Assembly: GCA_010909165.1 (NCBI GenBank) | Contig: VJWM01000019.1 | Span: 1,426,001 to 1,490,000, forward strand | Origin: Anthoceros angustus | Taxonomy: Eukaryota > Plantae > Anthocerotophyta | Direction: 5' to 3' | DNA: 64,000 bases | In this document: positions 11,401-24,400 of the stretch, piece after piece | How the letters are laid out: the number at the start of each line of letters is the position of its first letter | Position numbering within the stretch: position 1 is the stretch's first letter | Position numbers and translations under genes: made by a program | The notes under the pieces: model-generated | What the model was told of the DNA's origin: nothing | The model's input: only the letters and a program-made list of their open reading frames with translations | The model's database searches: none

Positions 11401-12853
11401 CCTTCGTCTGTACAGTTCTATGCAAGAAGAAGGCATGGCTGTACCTGATGCTGTGACATTGGTGTGTCTCCTTCAAGCATGTGCAAGTGTTGGCAACCCT
11501 GCGTTGGAGAAGGGGAAGCAGCTTCATGCACAAATTAGGGAACGAGGACATCAAGCTGATGCCATGGTAGCCAACAGCTTAGTGAATATGTTTGCAAAAT
11601 GTGGCAGCCTGGAACAGGCTCAGCTTGTGTTTGACGGACTTAGTCAGAAAGATGTGGCTACCTGGAATGCTATGATATCAGGATATTCCCAGCAGGGCAA
11701 GGGCCAGGACGCCCTTCGTATTTACAGTGCTATGCTAGAAGAAGGCATCGCTATACCTGATTCAGTGACATATGTGTTCCTCCTGCAGGCATGTGCAAGT
11801 GTGGGTAAATCAGCGTTGGAGGAGGGAAAGGAGCTTCATAAACAGATTAGAGAAGGAGGACATCAAGCTGATGTGTTCGTAGCCAGTAGTTTGGTAAACA
11901 TGTATGCGAAGTGTGGCAGTTTGGAAGACGCTCAGAGAGTGTTTGACGGACTTGGTGAGAAAAATGTGGTGACATGGACTGCCATGATAGCAGGGTACTC
12001 CCAACAGGGCATGGGGCAGGAAGCCCTTCGTCTTTACAGTGCTATGCAAGAAGAAGGTCTTGCTGTACCCGATTCTGTGACATTTGTATGCCTCCTGCAG
12101 GCATGTGCAGATGTGGCAGCTTTGCATCTGGGCAGGGAGCTACATGTAAAGATTCGAGAACAAGGGCTTGAAGGCAATTTGTTTGTAGCCAACAGTTTGA
12201 TAAACATGTATGGAAAGTCTGGAAGCATGGCTGATGCACAGAAGGTGTTTGATGTGTTGCATAGAAGAGATGTGGTCACCTGGAGTGCGATGATTGCAGC
12301 CTACACGTATCAAGGGAACACAGAAATGGTCTTTGACCTGTTCGAGAGAATGAGGGAGGCTGGCATACAGCCAGTCGGCATCACATTTCTTAGCGTACTA
12401 ACAGCATGCAGTCATGCTGGTCTAGTGAACGAGGGGAGAGAGTACTTCGACGCCATGAGCAGAGAGTACGGAATCACTCCCACGGTGGAGCACTACACGT
12501 GCTTGGTGGATATCTTGGGCCGTGCTGGCCAACTGGATGAGGCACTTGCTTTGGCAAGGTCAATGCCTGTACTTTCTAATGCTGCAGTTTGGCACACCCT
12601 GCTGGGTGCTTGTCAGAAGTGGAGCAACGTGGAGGTAGGAAGGCACGCTTTCGATCAAGCAGTGACGTTGGACAGCAAAGATAGCGCAGCATACATGTTG
12701 ATGTCCAATATATACACGGGTGCTGAGATGTGGGAACAGGCAGAGGAGATGCAAGCGTGCAGAAAGGGAATGAGTGCATGGAAACAGCCAGGTCAGACCT
12801 GGTGGTCAGACTTGGACGGGCTTGTGCATAGTTTCTTGGTTGAAGCAGGCTGA
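8492..12853 (+). CDS. PLS-class PPR RNA-editing factor with E1/E2/E+ domains and truncated DYW; interrupted by three indels in this sequence (sequencing error or pseudogene)
   Basis: About 11 P-L-S triplets (VVTWTAMIAGY / SVTFVCLLQAC / SLVNMYAKCGSLEDA), then P2-L2-S2, E1, E2 and KQPGQTWWSD...HSFLV. ORFs 8492-10501 and 10718-12853 are in the same frame and are bridged by a shifted frame (10414-10698). Confidence 0.88.
10229..11490 (+). repeat. Near-identical 624-bp tandem duplication (two PLS triplets) inside the PPR gene
   Basis: Sequence from 10229 recurs at 10853, and the offset of 624 still holds at 10866/11490. Only a few substitutions and three indels differ. Confidence 0.95.
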
Positions 12854-13217
12854 TCCTGCGAAACGATGAACGAGGTATATATGAAGGATGTGCCTGCAGA
12901 GATTTATTGCGAGAGAAGGAGGGAAATCATTTGTGGGTGCAGGGCAGGAAACTGTCTTTGCCAGTGCTCTGAATATCACACCCCACGATTCCCTTCAGCC
13001 CAATATACTTTTGTGGGTGATCATGCAATGACTTTTACAACGGCCGGATCCTAGGCCGTCCCTTATGGCTCGCAGAAGGCATGTCCACTATTTGGCAGTG
13101 TAGGCTGAAATTCCGCTTGAGCTTGGATATGCCGTGGGTCCTGGGACAGATTCTTATTTTGTGACCTGTACGAAATGAAAATATAATGGTGCCCTCTGAG
13201 ACCACTTTACAGCCCCT

Positions 13218-15994
13218 CTAATATTTCCTATACCCTGACCAAGAATTATAATTTCCATCCCCTCGCCCGGGTCCAAGTGCTATCCGATCATCTTCCAGCA
13301 CCTTCAAATCAGGTGCAAGAAGCCGAGTGTACCGGTCGAAATACAGAAGCTGCTTCAACAGAAGCCCAAATTCACGAGGAAATTTCAAACCGTATGCATC
13401 ACTGACACGAACCTGTAACAGCAGGGAAGATGTGATTATCCTGGTAATGCAACTTCTCAAAAAGACAACGACACTTCGAGTAAGGTTCAGGTTTCCAGTC
13501 TCAAGGAGGCTTACCACGTCGAGAAGCAAAGCATTAATTTCCTGCTCATCCACAGCTAAAGTAGCAGCCACTGTGGTTCGAGAAGCCCTGCTGCTGCTGG
13601 TAGTAATCACCACGTCTGTGTCCAAGTCCTGTGAAGGTGACGGGTTATGAGATGATCCAGTCAAGGGGACTGCAATACTACTCTGAATTCTTCCAGATTA
13701 GAAATAGCTTGAACACGATCTCGCAACATACAGTTAAGTTACCTGGACTGCTGAGAATATCTTCTCTAGATCTCTGGCAAAGCTTTCCAAATCCACTTCC
13801 TTGTCAGTGGCACCCATTTGATTCAAGGCAGCTGCCATGGCCTTGTATTGCCCACTTCCTAAGGAGGTCAAAAAAATCTCCATTGCTGCCCACGTTGCTG
13901 GTGAAATGCGCCCAACAATGCCTGCTCAGGACAATGTCGTTTTAAAGTCATTGACAAACGTACAGAATCTGAGCACTATGGATGTCGGTGACAAGGACAG
14001 GACATGGAGACAAAAATCTTTACCAAAATCGATAAACCCCACCCGGCCATCTCTCAGCACCAGCAGATTTCCAGCATGTACATCTGCATGAAAGCTCTCC
14101 GAAGCTACCAAGCTTCCAAACCTGCAATTGCCAGATCCAAGAGAGTGATGAATACAGCTTGTGGGATGATGGAAACTCTCTCAAGGAAGTTGTAAAATGC
14201 GTACCAAACATTCAGAGCCGATATTAATGTTGCCTCGGGATTGGGAACAATCGCCCGAATGGCATTCAGATCTGTCAAGGGAACTCCATATAAACGCTCC
14301 ATTGTCAATATCCGCTGCGAACTGCAATGAGGATATACTGTCGGGGCCTTGGCTTGGTTGGTTAAACCACTGGTCTCCAAGTATGTTCTAAACGACTGGA
14401 TGTTGATAGCTTCTTTTCTAAAATCAACTTCCTCCAACATGGATGTCCGGATGTCTCCAATTATTCCAACCTATCCACCATCAGATTCTCAATGTCATAA
14501 GACGCCAGTGCCCAAAAAGAAAGAACGATAATCTGCGCTCAGCTAAGGCAACAAGACGTCCATAACCAGTAAACGACACGCATGAAACTACATACCAATG
14601 ACGTGCGACTGAGTTGAGGATTCAGAAATTCCAGCACACGTGCAGTGATGTACAGGAAATTCAGGTCTGCTGTTAGGATGTCCTCCACTCCAGGCTTGAG
14701 CACCTTGATAACGACATCCGACCCAGTCCCCCTGAGCCGTGCTGCATGAACCTGTAAATGTGTAAGATCTTGGGCAATGGGGATGTATCTCACAGCAGCA
14801 GAAATACAACAGCGAAAATGGTGAAGTCAGTGGACCTGAGCAACAGAAGCAGAAGCAATCGGTTGGGGATCCACATACTCGTAGACTTCTTCCAAGGGCC
14901 TACCAAGCTCTTGACGTATGATGGCTTTGATATCACTGAAGGGAACAGGTGGTGTTTTGTCGAGACAGCTCTGGAATTCTTTCACGTATTCTGCTGGGAA
15001 GAGAGTTGGTGCCGAGGCTATGAACTTCCATACAAACAGGTTATAAGCCCCAGAGACCTATCACCATCTCACAAACATCATAATAGCAACTGAATCACCC
15101 TTATCCTGGCAGTTGCAGATTCTGACCTGACCCAACTTGATGTAAGTTGCTCCCAGCCGCTCGAAAAGCTTCCGTAGCTGTGCGGGACCTGGTGGGATAA
15201 ATGCAAGACCGGCAACATTGCCAGTAGCAGCTCCAGAATTCTGCACACCAGCGCAGCATTAGCTGCCATGGACAATCCTCAGACATGAGGAATGACACAG
15301 TTTCATAGCTTTGTGAAGAAGAAATGAGTACTTGTAACTGCTGGGACTGCTCCAGAAACCATTCAGCTCCGACGGTGACAACAGCTTCAATCCCTTGAAC
15401 GAGCCTGACAGCACCCCTAGGACCCGTGCTCACGGTGGTGCGTACTACTTCTTCCACCAACTCGTTGAATTTCTTGAGCCTCTCTGTGATACCATGCCAG
15501 AATTAAGTTGCCTCAATTTCCCACATTCACAACATGAACCAATGTGATCTCTCAGTGCTTCCGACCACACATGGCAAATCAGATCTTAGAAAAGACCTTG
15601 TCCCTGCTTCCTGTCGAACGTTGTGGACGAGGAAGATGAGGTTGATGCTGCTGATGATGATCGAGCCCACACCGCCCAGCTATTCTGCCTGCTCCAAGTC
15701 GCATTCTTCAGCGTCTGCGCTGCCCACTCCAACGTGTTGCGACGCAACCAAAATCCTTCCTGCTACAGCGCCGAACGCGTTAGGGAGATGTACGGATCTC
15801 CCACAGCGGGCAAGACCTCATCAGCCCACCATTTCCCAAATTCAAGTACATAGTCAACAAGCCGACTGAAATCTCGGGTTCGCCTCCCTCCATCATCCAC
15901 ACCAACATCACAAACAACAGTCAGGAATATCTTCAGGCCACCAAACCTGGGGAATGAAAGACGAAGGGAAACGGGCGCAAGCTGTCAGCGCCAT
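13218..15994 (-). CDS. ABC1K9: ABC1/UbiB-like atypical kinase, At5g05200/ABC1K9-like, multi-exon
   Basis: Exons encode LRKLFERLGATYIKLGQ, VHAARL...VVIKVLKPG, EEVDFRKEA, ESFHADVHAGNLLVLRDGRVGFIDFG and FPREFGLLLKQLLYFDRYTRLLAP. The 5' end (ATG 15994) is tentative. Confidence 0.85.
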
Positions 15995-16675
15995 GTTGGG
16001 ACCGAAGTGTAGAAGGTGTAGAAGACCCACCAACTTCACCAGCAGGCAAGCTTCAAATCAAATTGCACCAAGAAAGAGCTGGCATTGGACAGAAATCTCT
16101 CATGCACTGCCAGAAGTTTTTCTCGTGAAGTGGCCTGGCGAGGGGGAGGAGTGGTCCACGTAGACTAGCTTGAACCATCCGCTACTTCCGTCGCACGGCC
16201 CTTCTGGACATGGCGATTGTGTGTGTAGCAAAACTTGCATTTTACCAGTCAACAAAAAACGCTTCCCAATAATATTAAATGGCCAAAAGCTAGCCGGAGA
16301 CGTGATGCTCCTCAGAGTATCGACACACTGTTGCTGGGGTTCCCAGATCCATGTCTACACGTCCTGTCGAAGTCTAGGTGTATAAATAGCGCCTGTCTTA
16401 CAGAGGATAGGATCTCCACAAAGAGGAACTTCACTTCTCTGGCGCACTTGGATTCCAGAGATCCTCGTCCTCATGGCAAGACCACAAAACGTAGAATCAC
16501 ACATAGGATATGTTGTAGCCGAAGTGGAAGATGATCAACTATCTCGAAGCGCCGTAGCATATGGGTTGATCATCAAACCTGTTGAGTGTAGTTCAACAGT
16601 GCAGCATGTTGGGATCTTGGGTCACTGCATCTGGTTGCGTGCACTTGCATTTGTTCAGCTTGATTGGATTGCATC

Positions 16676-19600
16676 TCATGCCACCGCTGCTGCTGACACC
16701 AGACCAGATGCTTGCTTTTCAGGCGGAGCCTGCAACACGGTTTCAGCTACGTGTGCATCATTGACAAAAGGCTCGATGTGAGCTTTCTTCTCTTGCTTCT
16801 CTATGACATCTTCCGCATCATTGGCCCGGGGCACAGTGCTTGCCTGAGCAACATGCACGACGTATCTTCAGGAGCAATTTACAAACTCATCCAAGACTAA
16901 TCAGGCACGAAGAGGAATCAGAACTCACCAGAGCTCGGAATTTCAGGATGTAAAACATTTCAAGGTAACGTCTGGTATCCCGCCTGCCAAGCTCGGACAC
17001 GTACTTCCAAAATCCGTAGACCTGACCAAGTGTCAACAGCCTGTCTGCATATATGTTCCAAGTGTATCTGTATAGAGGATGATGTCAGATGACTAGGCTA
17101 TGACGGTTGGAATCGTGAGAGGTGTGCATGGTGGAAGACATTGAGGATCTACTTACTTGGTGAAAATCCGCTTCAGGCTATCATTGGAGATCTGGTCCCA
17201 AAAGCCAGGTTCTGCTTTGCATTTGGTGAAGAACCCCAGAATGATGTTGCTGGCGGCCTCCCCGTGGTAGGGATCAATGTGGAAGCCAGAGATGCCATCT
17301 TCAATGATTTCAGCAGGTCCACCCTGCGAGGTAGCAATTGTTGGAAGCCCGCAGCTCATGGCTTCCACCACCGTCAACCCGAAGGCCTCGTACAATGCAG
17401 GCTGCCATATAACAAACCAGTCCATCAGACTTCTGAACAGGAGATGCAATGTGAACGTCCGTAAAAGGAAAACGCCGGATGGCGTGCGGCAATGGTACCT
17501 GCACGAAAGCACCGTGAGTGTCTGCAATGCAGCGATACAGCTCTCCGTTTCGCACAGGATCTTTCTGGGCGCGGATCCATCTGAAATCGCCATTCAGGTT
17601 GTGCTTCTTCATCAAATCATGCATCTTCAAAATCTCTTTCACCTCCTCGCGGTCCTTGGACTTCTCGGGGTTGATGTCCCCAGCTACTACAACCAAATTC
17701 ACCAAGCTCCTCAGCTGCGCATTCTCCCCGAACCATTCGACAAGGCCAGTCATGTTCTTCACGCGATCCAGACGTGCCATTGAGAATATGATGGGTTTTG
17801 TCTTGTCCTTCAGCACCCCTCTGCAACGCGGAAGAGACGACGTCAATGGAAAAGCGTTCGACTGCCGCCAGTCTCTTCCACAGAAGTCATCTACATCTGC
17901 CGGGAAGAAGAAAACACAAGAGGCAGCCCTGATTGGAGAAACGAGTGCCTCACATGTGTTCGTCTGTCTGGGCTTCGCTGAACAGCAACTCCTGTATCTC
18001 TGGTTGCAAATGTTTGAGGCGCTTCGCATCCTGAGAGAAGGGAAAGTAAATGGACTCCTCCGCTCCAGGGGACACGATGTTGAATTTGGGGTCGAAGACG
18101 TCGATCCCATTCACAACTCTGTAGAGCCCAGGCAGGGTGAAAGCAGTATGGCTTTCGTACTGCCCCACAGTGTTCTCGCTGCCATGAGACAGAGAAGTCA
18201 GCGACCACAAGCATCGAAGCACTATCACCTTTCGATTGCAAGATCATCATAGCACATACAGACCTTCCAGCAATCTCTTGATACGAACTGGTGATGATAA
18301 AATCGGCGTGGTTCATTGCAATGAGGTCCGCGGTGAACTGGCATGAGAAATGGTACTTCTCCTCGTAGTTGCGCCAGTAAAGATCTGAGTCGGGGTACTT
18401 TGTCTTCTCCAATGCATGAGCTATGTTGCACTGAAAGACAGCAGGAATTCGTAAATTTTGGTGAATCACCAGAACACGGATCTCTGTAGAAGCAACTGCA
18501 TGATCCTCAAGAACAAATGTAAACCACCAACACACCTGTGTGATCTTCAACCTGTGCGACAGCAATGTAGCCACGAGATTCCCGTCACTGTAGTTCCCAA
18601 TGATGAAATCAGGTTGGCGAGTGAACTCGGAGCGCATCTCGTTGGCTACATCCTGCAGACGAGGCACCCTCAAAGTTGACAGCCATGCGGGTGCATGGTA
18701 ATCTCTTAATGCACCATAACAGCACATACCTCTGTGAAGCGTTCGAGATATGGCCAGACATCAAAACGAGAGATCCAGCGCTGCAACACAGACCCATCTT
18801 CGTTACGGAATGGAACTCGCAGTATGCGCGCATACTCAGTGCCATGAACTCGCTCAATTCTCTGGTTGCAGGTCGTGCCTTGGGCTTCAGGAATGAGGCG
18901 AGTCACCTACACCATGATAATGCCCACACCATATTGACCGATCAGTCAAGCTCACGGGCAGAGGAGCACGCGCCAAATGCACAGTCAAGAAAACCAGAGG
19001 CTTCAACTTACAATGACGATCTGCGGTTTGATATCCAATCCCTGCTGCTGTATTTTTCTGATCATGGCCTTCTCTAAGGCGCGAACTTGATCCAAGATAT
19101 ACACCACCTGTAACACAAGAATCAGCAGCTGGAATGCGTAGGTATATAGCTCAAGCCTCGAAACCACGTGAGACTGGTGGTGAACACGCACAGGACTCAC
19201 ATCATCACAGGTGCTGACAATGTCTCCGTATCGTCCCCTTGCAAAACCGGAGTCTAGTCTGAGTGATTGCACAGCTTACCTGACCACCTGTGTCGGGTAA
19301 GCCCAGCACATTCTCCTGGCCAAAATATCCATGAGGCGAGAGAATAAGCACACTGAAAATCACAGGGATTTTTGCCAAGAACTTTTCCAAAGTATCTGGG
19401 TCTGGCGCCTGCAGGATGTCTAGCAGCAGCCGGATGCTCTCCAGGGTGCGGTCTGCTGTGTTTCCCCATCCTTTCTCCAGGCCCAGCTGCTGCAGTCTAG
19501 AGGCGGAAACAAAAGCTCAGTCAGTCACAACCGAGCGTCATTCAACCAACTTTAAGTAGCAGAGAGCAAGAGTGTCAGCTGGCAATCGGTAGCAAAGAGT

Positions 19601-20645
19601 ACCTGGTTTCGAACTCAGTGTAAGGAGTGTCCTTGGGATACTTGGACAGCATCTCTTCAGCTCTCACCAAGGAGGGCCGCAGCTTGCTGATATTGGTGAT
19701 GCGCTCATTCAGCATCAGACTCTGCGACACCATAACCAAACAAGCTTCATCACACAAGCCCCCGGGCTTTGCAAAACATTCCGCCCCATACCTGCCCCTC
19801 GTGATCTAGCAAGACGCACCTGCCCCTCGTACTTGTGAAGCTGAAGGAAGTTAAACAGCGGCTGCATGCTCTCTGCATCCCGAAACAGCCGAGAAGACAG
19901 GTGCTTGTTGAGAAATTGCACCCCATTCCCGATCGAACTGGACCTCGTGAGACGAGGGAACAGCGCATTAAACGGCTCGAAGTCCACTTCCAGCACACTG
20001 AAACGCTCAGCACTCCTGCAACGGCAGAAGCCCCCATGAGCACGAACACAGACACAAAAGAACACCCTCCAGCAAAAGAAACAACGAATTACCGCTCGCA
20101 GGGGAACCGCGACTTCCCAGTAGCCAGGCACTCCTTGAACTCCAAGTACTCAGAGGCTCCCAGGTGCTGAACCTCCAGAGTGTCCACATTGAGCAAAACG
20201 TAGTCCCACACCCCCGGCCGAGGCCGTACAGCCAGCCCCACCCAAGGCGGCAGCACAATCGCTTCCTGCCATCGCCCAACACCAGAGAAACCCAGCTCAC
20301 ATCACCACAACCATCTCCCCTACACCCCCAAGAAGAAAGAAACCGCAAATACCTGAGCGGTTTCCAAAATGCGGCGGAAAGGAGCATCCGCCCGGTCGAT
20401 AACATTCACCGCCTGGTCCAGCAGCTGGTGCGGCTGCAGAATCCGAGGCCCCAAATTCACACACCTGCAAGCAAGCTCCTCCATCAGGGACAGGAAGCGG
20501 AAAATGCGAAAGTTGAAGGCCAGTAGCACAAAATGCGGAATCGAGCATACTTTCCCAACAAGCTCCGGATGATCTGCTGGTCCTCCACGACCGCCTCCTG
20601 CACATGGTCCCTGAAGCTGCTGCTGCGAGCAACAAGAGCCGCCAT
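16676..20645 (-). CDS. SUS: Sucrose synthase (GT4), multi-exon
   Basis: Starts [18 protein letters not shown] at 20645. Exons encode [94 protein letters not shown] and [24 protein letters not shown]; the last exon starts ASTVPRAND. Confidence 0.95.
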
Positions 20646-21450
20646 GGCCGGCTCTCGGAGAGGACGTCAGAATCGCGGGTCGTGAAAGAGAGACGGATGA
20701 CGCCAACACGGGGGCAGAGGCGAAGCTTGCTGTGCAAACAGAGCTCGGTTCGAGCACGCTTTCATAGACTTCCAGCTTCCGTGGCCGGACCAATGCGAAA
20801 CGGCAAAACCAGCCAGAGCAGGGCGAGGGGCCGCGTGGCGGGCCGGGCCCCGCCCAAGTGGCGCCCCATGCCGTCCGGGACCGGGCCGGGCGACGGCCCT
20901 GGTTCCGTTGCCTTCACGTCACCGCGCGACCGGCAGTGACGTGTCGACGGGAGCTGCAGTTGCCAGTCACGACTCGCGACTCCTGACAGTCTCACTGCTG
21001 TGCCCGTATTTATCCTCCTCCTCCGATTCCCCTTCTTCTTGCCACCTCTCCCGGGCCGGACATCGATACGCTGCTGCTGCTGCTTCTGGTGCTCGTCAGT
21101 CTATGGCGCATTCTCGTTGATTGTCCGTTACCCGTCCCTTCGCAGAAGCAGCGGAGGAGCTTGCGAGTCGGGTTGCCTCTGGGCTCGGCCGGGGAGCAGG
21201 CCTGGTACGGGGGGTTTTTTTTGGGCGATAGCTCGGGCCCGATGCAGACCCGGCGGTGACGTAACTGCAGGGCGGCGTCCGGATGGGAGCGGATTGGAGG
21301 CAGGCGAGCGTTTTTTTTAAGGAGGCGTGAGCGGATGATTGTGGCGCCGCCACTGACGCTGCCGGCTCTCGCAGGCCTGAGGTTGCGTGTGGCGGAGGGG
21401 GCGGGGCCACTGGGGGAGGTGCCGGAAGTGGAGGCAGGTGGGTTGATGAT
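20646..21450. promoter_or_regulatory. Head-to-head intergenic region between SUS (-) and SFR2 (+); candidate bidirectional promoter
   Basis: Divergent start codons about 800 bp apart, GC-rich. No specific cis-element was identified. Confidence 0.4.
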
Positions 21451-24400
21451 ATGTCGCCCCTGCTGCTGCTCATCAATGTGTCCAAGCTGGTGGGGGTAGC
21501 TGGTGCCATCACTGTAGCTGCCAACGGCCTCGCGTTCCGGCATTTTCGGAAGAAAAATTTGGGGCCGCTGCGGGTGACGCTGGACGAGGAGCGGGAGGTG
21601 GTGGCCAGCTTCCCGGTGGATAAGGATGGTACGGTCGTGGTGGGCTTTGTTGTGTGCTTGGATTTGGGTGGTGGGCGGTGGGAATTCGGGCTTGGCTGGG
21701 GAATTGACGGCATTGTGGTGGTGGGTTTTGGATTGTGTGGTGCAGTGGATGAGGGAGGATTCTTCTTCGCATTGGCAACTGCCCCGGCGCATGTGGAGGA
21801 TAAGCTGGATGACGCCTGGCTGGAGTTCGCCAAGCAGGAGGAGGAGTCGGCGCAGGGGAGAGTGAAGGAGGAGGAGGAGGAGAAGGAGGAGGTGGAGGAG
21901 GAGGGGAAGGGTGGGGATGGTGGGAAGGAAGATGAGGATTTGGGGAGGGAGGGAAAGGGAGGAGAGGAGGTGGGTGAGGGGAAGGGCGCCGGGGAATTGG
22001 AGGTGGGGTCGGGGGATGTGAGCGAGATTTTGGTGCGGGGAGGGGATGAGGGTGCTGGGAAGAGTGTTCGAGAGGAGGCGTTTTCGGAGTGGGAGGTTGT
22101 GGCGGAGGCCGCGGAGAGGGATGCTGCCGGTGAGAAGGATGGGGCGGGGTTGCATGCAGGCGGCGACGAGGCGGAGAGGGCCAAGAATTTGCGGTCTGGG
22201 TCGTTTGTCGGGGAGCCCTTCTTCCGTTATCCTGAGGGGGATCAAGAACGAACTGCCAGGATAACTTCCGGAGCATGGAGGGCCAGGGGGACGGTTTTGG
22301 AGCCGACGCTGGAGTACAACCAGTTCAACTTGCCGTACAAGGTGAAGAAGACGGCCAAGGTGGCAATGGAGGCCATGTTGCGGGGCATCGAGAAGCTGAC
22401 CGAGGAGGAGGAGAAGCACAATGTGGCTGCATGGCATAACGCAAAGCGTCCGTAAGTTATTGTGTTGTCGGTAATTGTGGGTTGGGAGCCGGAGGGGGTT
22501 GTGTGTCTGAGCATCTGGTGGGTTGCACAGGGAAGAACGGCTGCGATTCTGGTCGGAACCTGACACGGAGCTGCAGCTGGCTCAGGGGACCAATGTCAGT
22601 GTGTTTCGGATGGGTATCGACTGGAGCAGGATTGTGCCTGAAGAGCCCATCAATGGGATGCAGAAAGCTGTAAGATTTGCTTGACCTTGCCGTACAGCTG
22701 TGTTGTGAATCCTCCGCCGTGTGCTTATTTTGGGTGAGTCTCTTGGCAGGTGAACTGGCATGCCGTGAAGCGGTACCGGTGGATCCTGCAAAGGGTGCAA
22801 GACCATGGTATGCGGATAATGCTTACCTTGTTTCATCACTCTCTGCCCACCTGGGCAGCTGCATATGGTGGTTGGAAGGAGAGCAAAACAGTTGATTATT
22901 TTGTGGAGTTTACGAGGTACCCATTCCCTGATCGCGCACCTGTCTCCCAAAACTTGCAGCTGTTTCAGCCCCGATTTGGTCTTGACATCCCTGCTCACTC
23001 CTGCAGGTTGGCAGTGGAGAGATTTGGAGATCTGGTTGACTATTGGGTCACCTTCAATGAACCTCACGTCTTTGCAATGCTCACGTATTGCGCTGGAGCA
23101 TGGCCAGGAGGTGATCCTAACCTGCTGGAAGTGGCAACCAGTATAATGCCTCGTGGTGTGTTCAAGTCGGCAATGGCTTACATGGCTGAAGCACATAACA
23201 GGGCCTATGACATCATCCACGCTTTTGGGTCATTACCTCTCTCTTCGTCTCGCATGACTTTGGTGTCCGAGCTTGTTTTCATCGACAGTAGCTCTCTATT
23301 GTTTCTGAGAAGTTTTGTTTGGGTATCTTGACAGCAACCAACACTCGAAAAGGGCCAAAGTGGGTGTCTCACATCACGTCTCATTCATGAGGCCGTATGG
23401 GCTATTCGATGTACCTGCAGTAGTTCTGAGCAACTGGATGACTCGCTACGCTTATGTCGACGACATAGCTGACAAATTGGACTACCTCGGGATAAATTAC
23501 TACGGACAGGTATTCCCCACAAGCTTTCCTGTCAAGGCAAGGCGTCTGCCTGTTCCAGGGCAGTGTTTTGCGGCACAGCATGATGTTCGCTGTTTTCACA
23601 GGAAATCATATCAGCACCTGGATTGAAACTTGTGGAGAACGAGGAGTTCAGCGAGTCAGGCAGGGGTGTATACCCCGATGGCTTGTACAGACTCCTCATG
23701 CAGTTCTACCACCGGTACAAAAGGTATGGCTTCTCATACATCATCACCGAGAACGGGGTCTCGGACGCAACTGATTACATCCGCCGGCCATATCTTGTGG
23801 AGCACCTTCTTGCAGTTCGTGCTGCTATGGATCAGGTATCTTGCAATATACTATGCAGCCCAGAACATCCTCTGCACAGTGTTACGTGCTGCAGCTCACT
23901 GTCGGGATTCTTCAGGGTGTACCTATCCAGGGCTACTGTTTCTGGACAACGTCAGACAACTGGGAATGGGCTGATGGATATGGCCCCAAGTTCGGACTAG
24001 CAGCAGTCGACCGAGAGAATGACTTGAAGAGGATATTGCGTCCTTCCTATCATCTATTCTCAGAGGTATCTGTCACACTGTTGCTCATACACAGTCCATG
24101 CAGAGGTGGTCCCGTATCTGCACTGCTGTACTCAAGGTGCTGCTCCACAGATCGTCAAGACGGGTAAGGTGACAAGACGGCAACGAGAGGCAGCCTGGAG
24201 AGAACTCATGGAAGCGGCTCGTCAGGGCAAGACACGTCCGTTCTGTCGAGCTGTGGACAAAAACGGTCTCATGTATGCTGGTAAGAACTCACCGAAGCTC
24301 AATGCTCCCGATCTGTACTTTCTTCAGAGGTGACCTCACTGACTCAGGCCATGGTTTTAGGTGGCTTGGACGAGCCAATCCAAAGACAGTTCGCCCAAAG

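Noticed and set aside
21010-22566. Long Pro/Ser-rich minus-strand ORFs (518, 362 and 255 aa)
   Set aside because: Antisense read-through of the G-rich SFR2 exons; low complexity.
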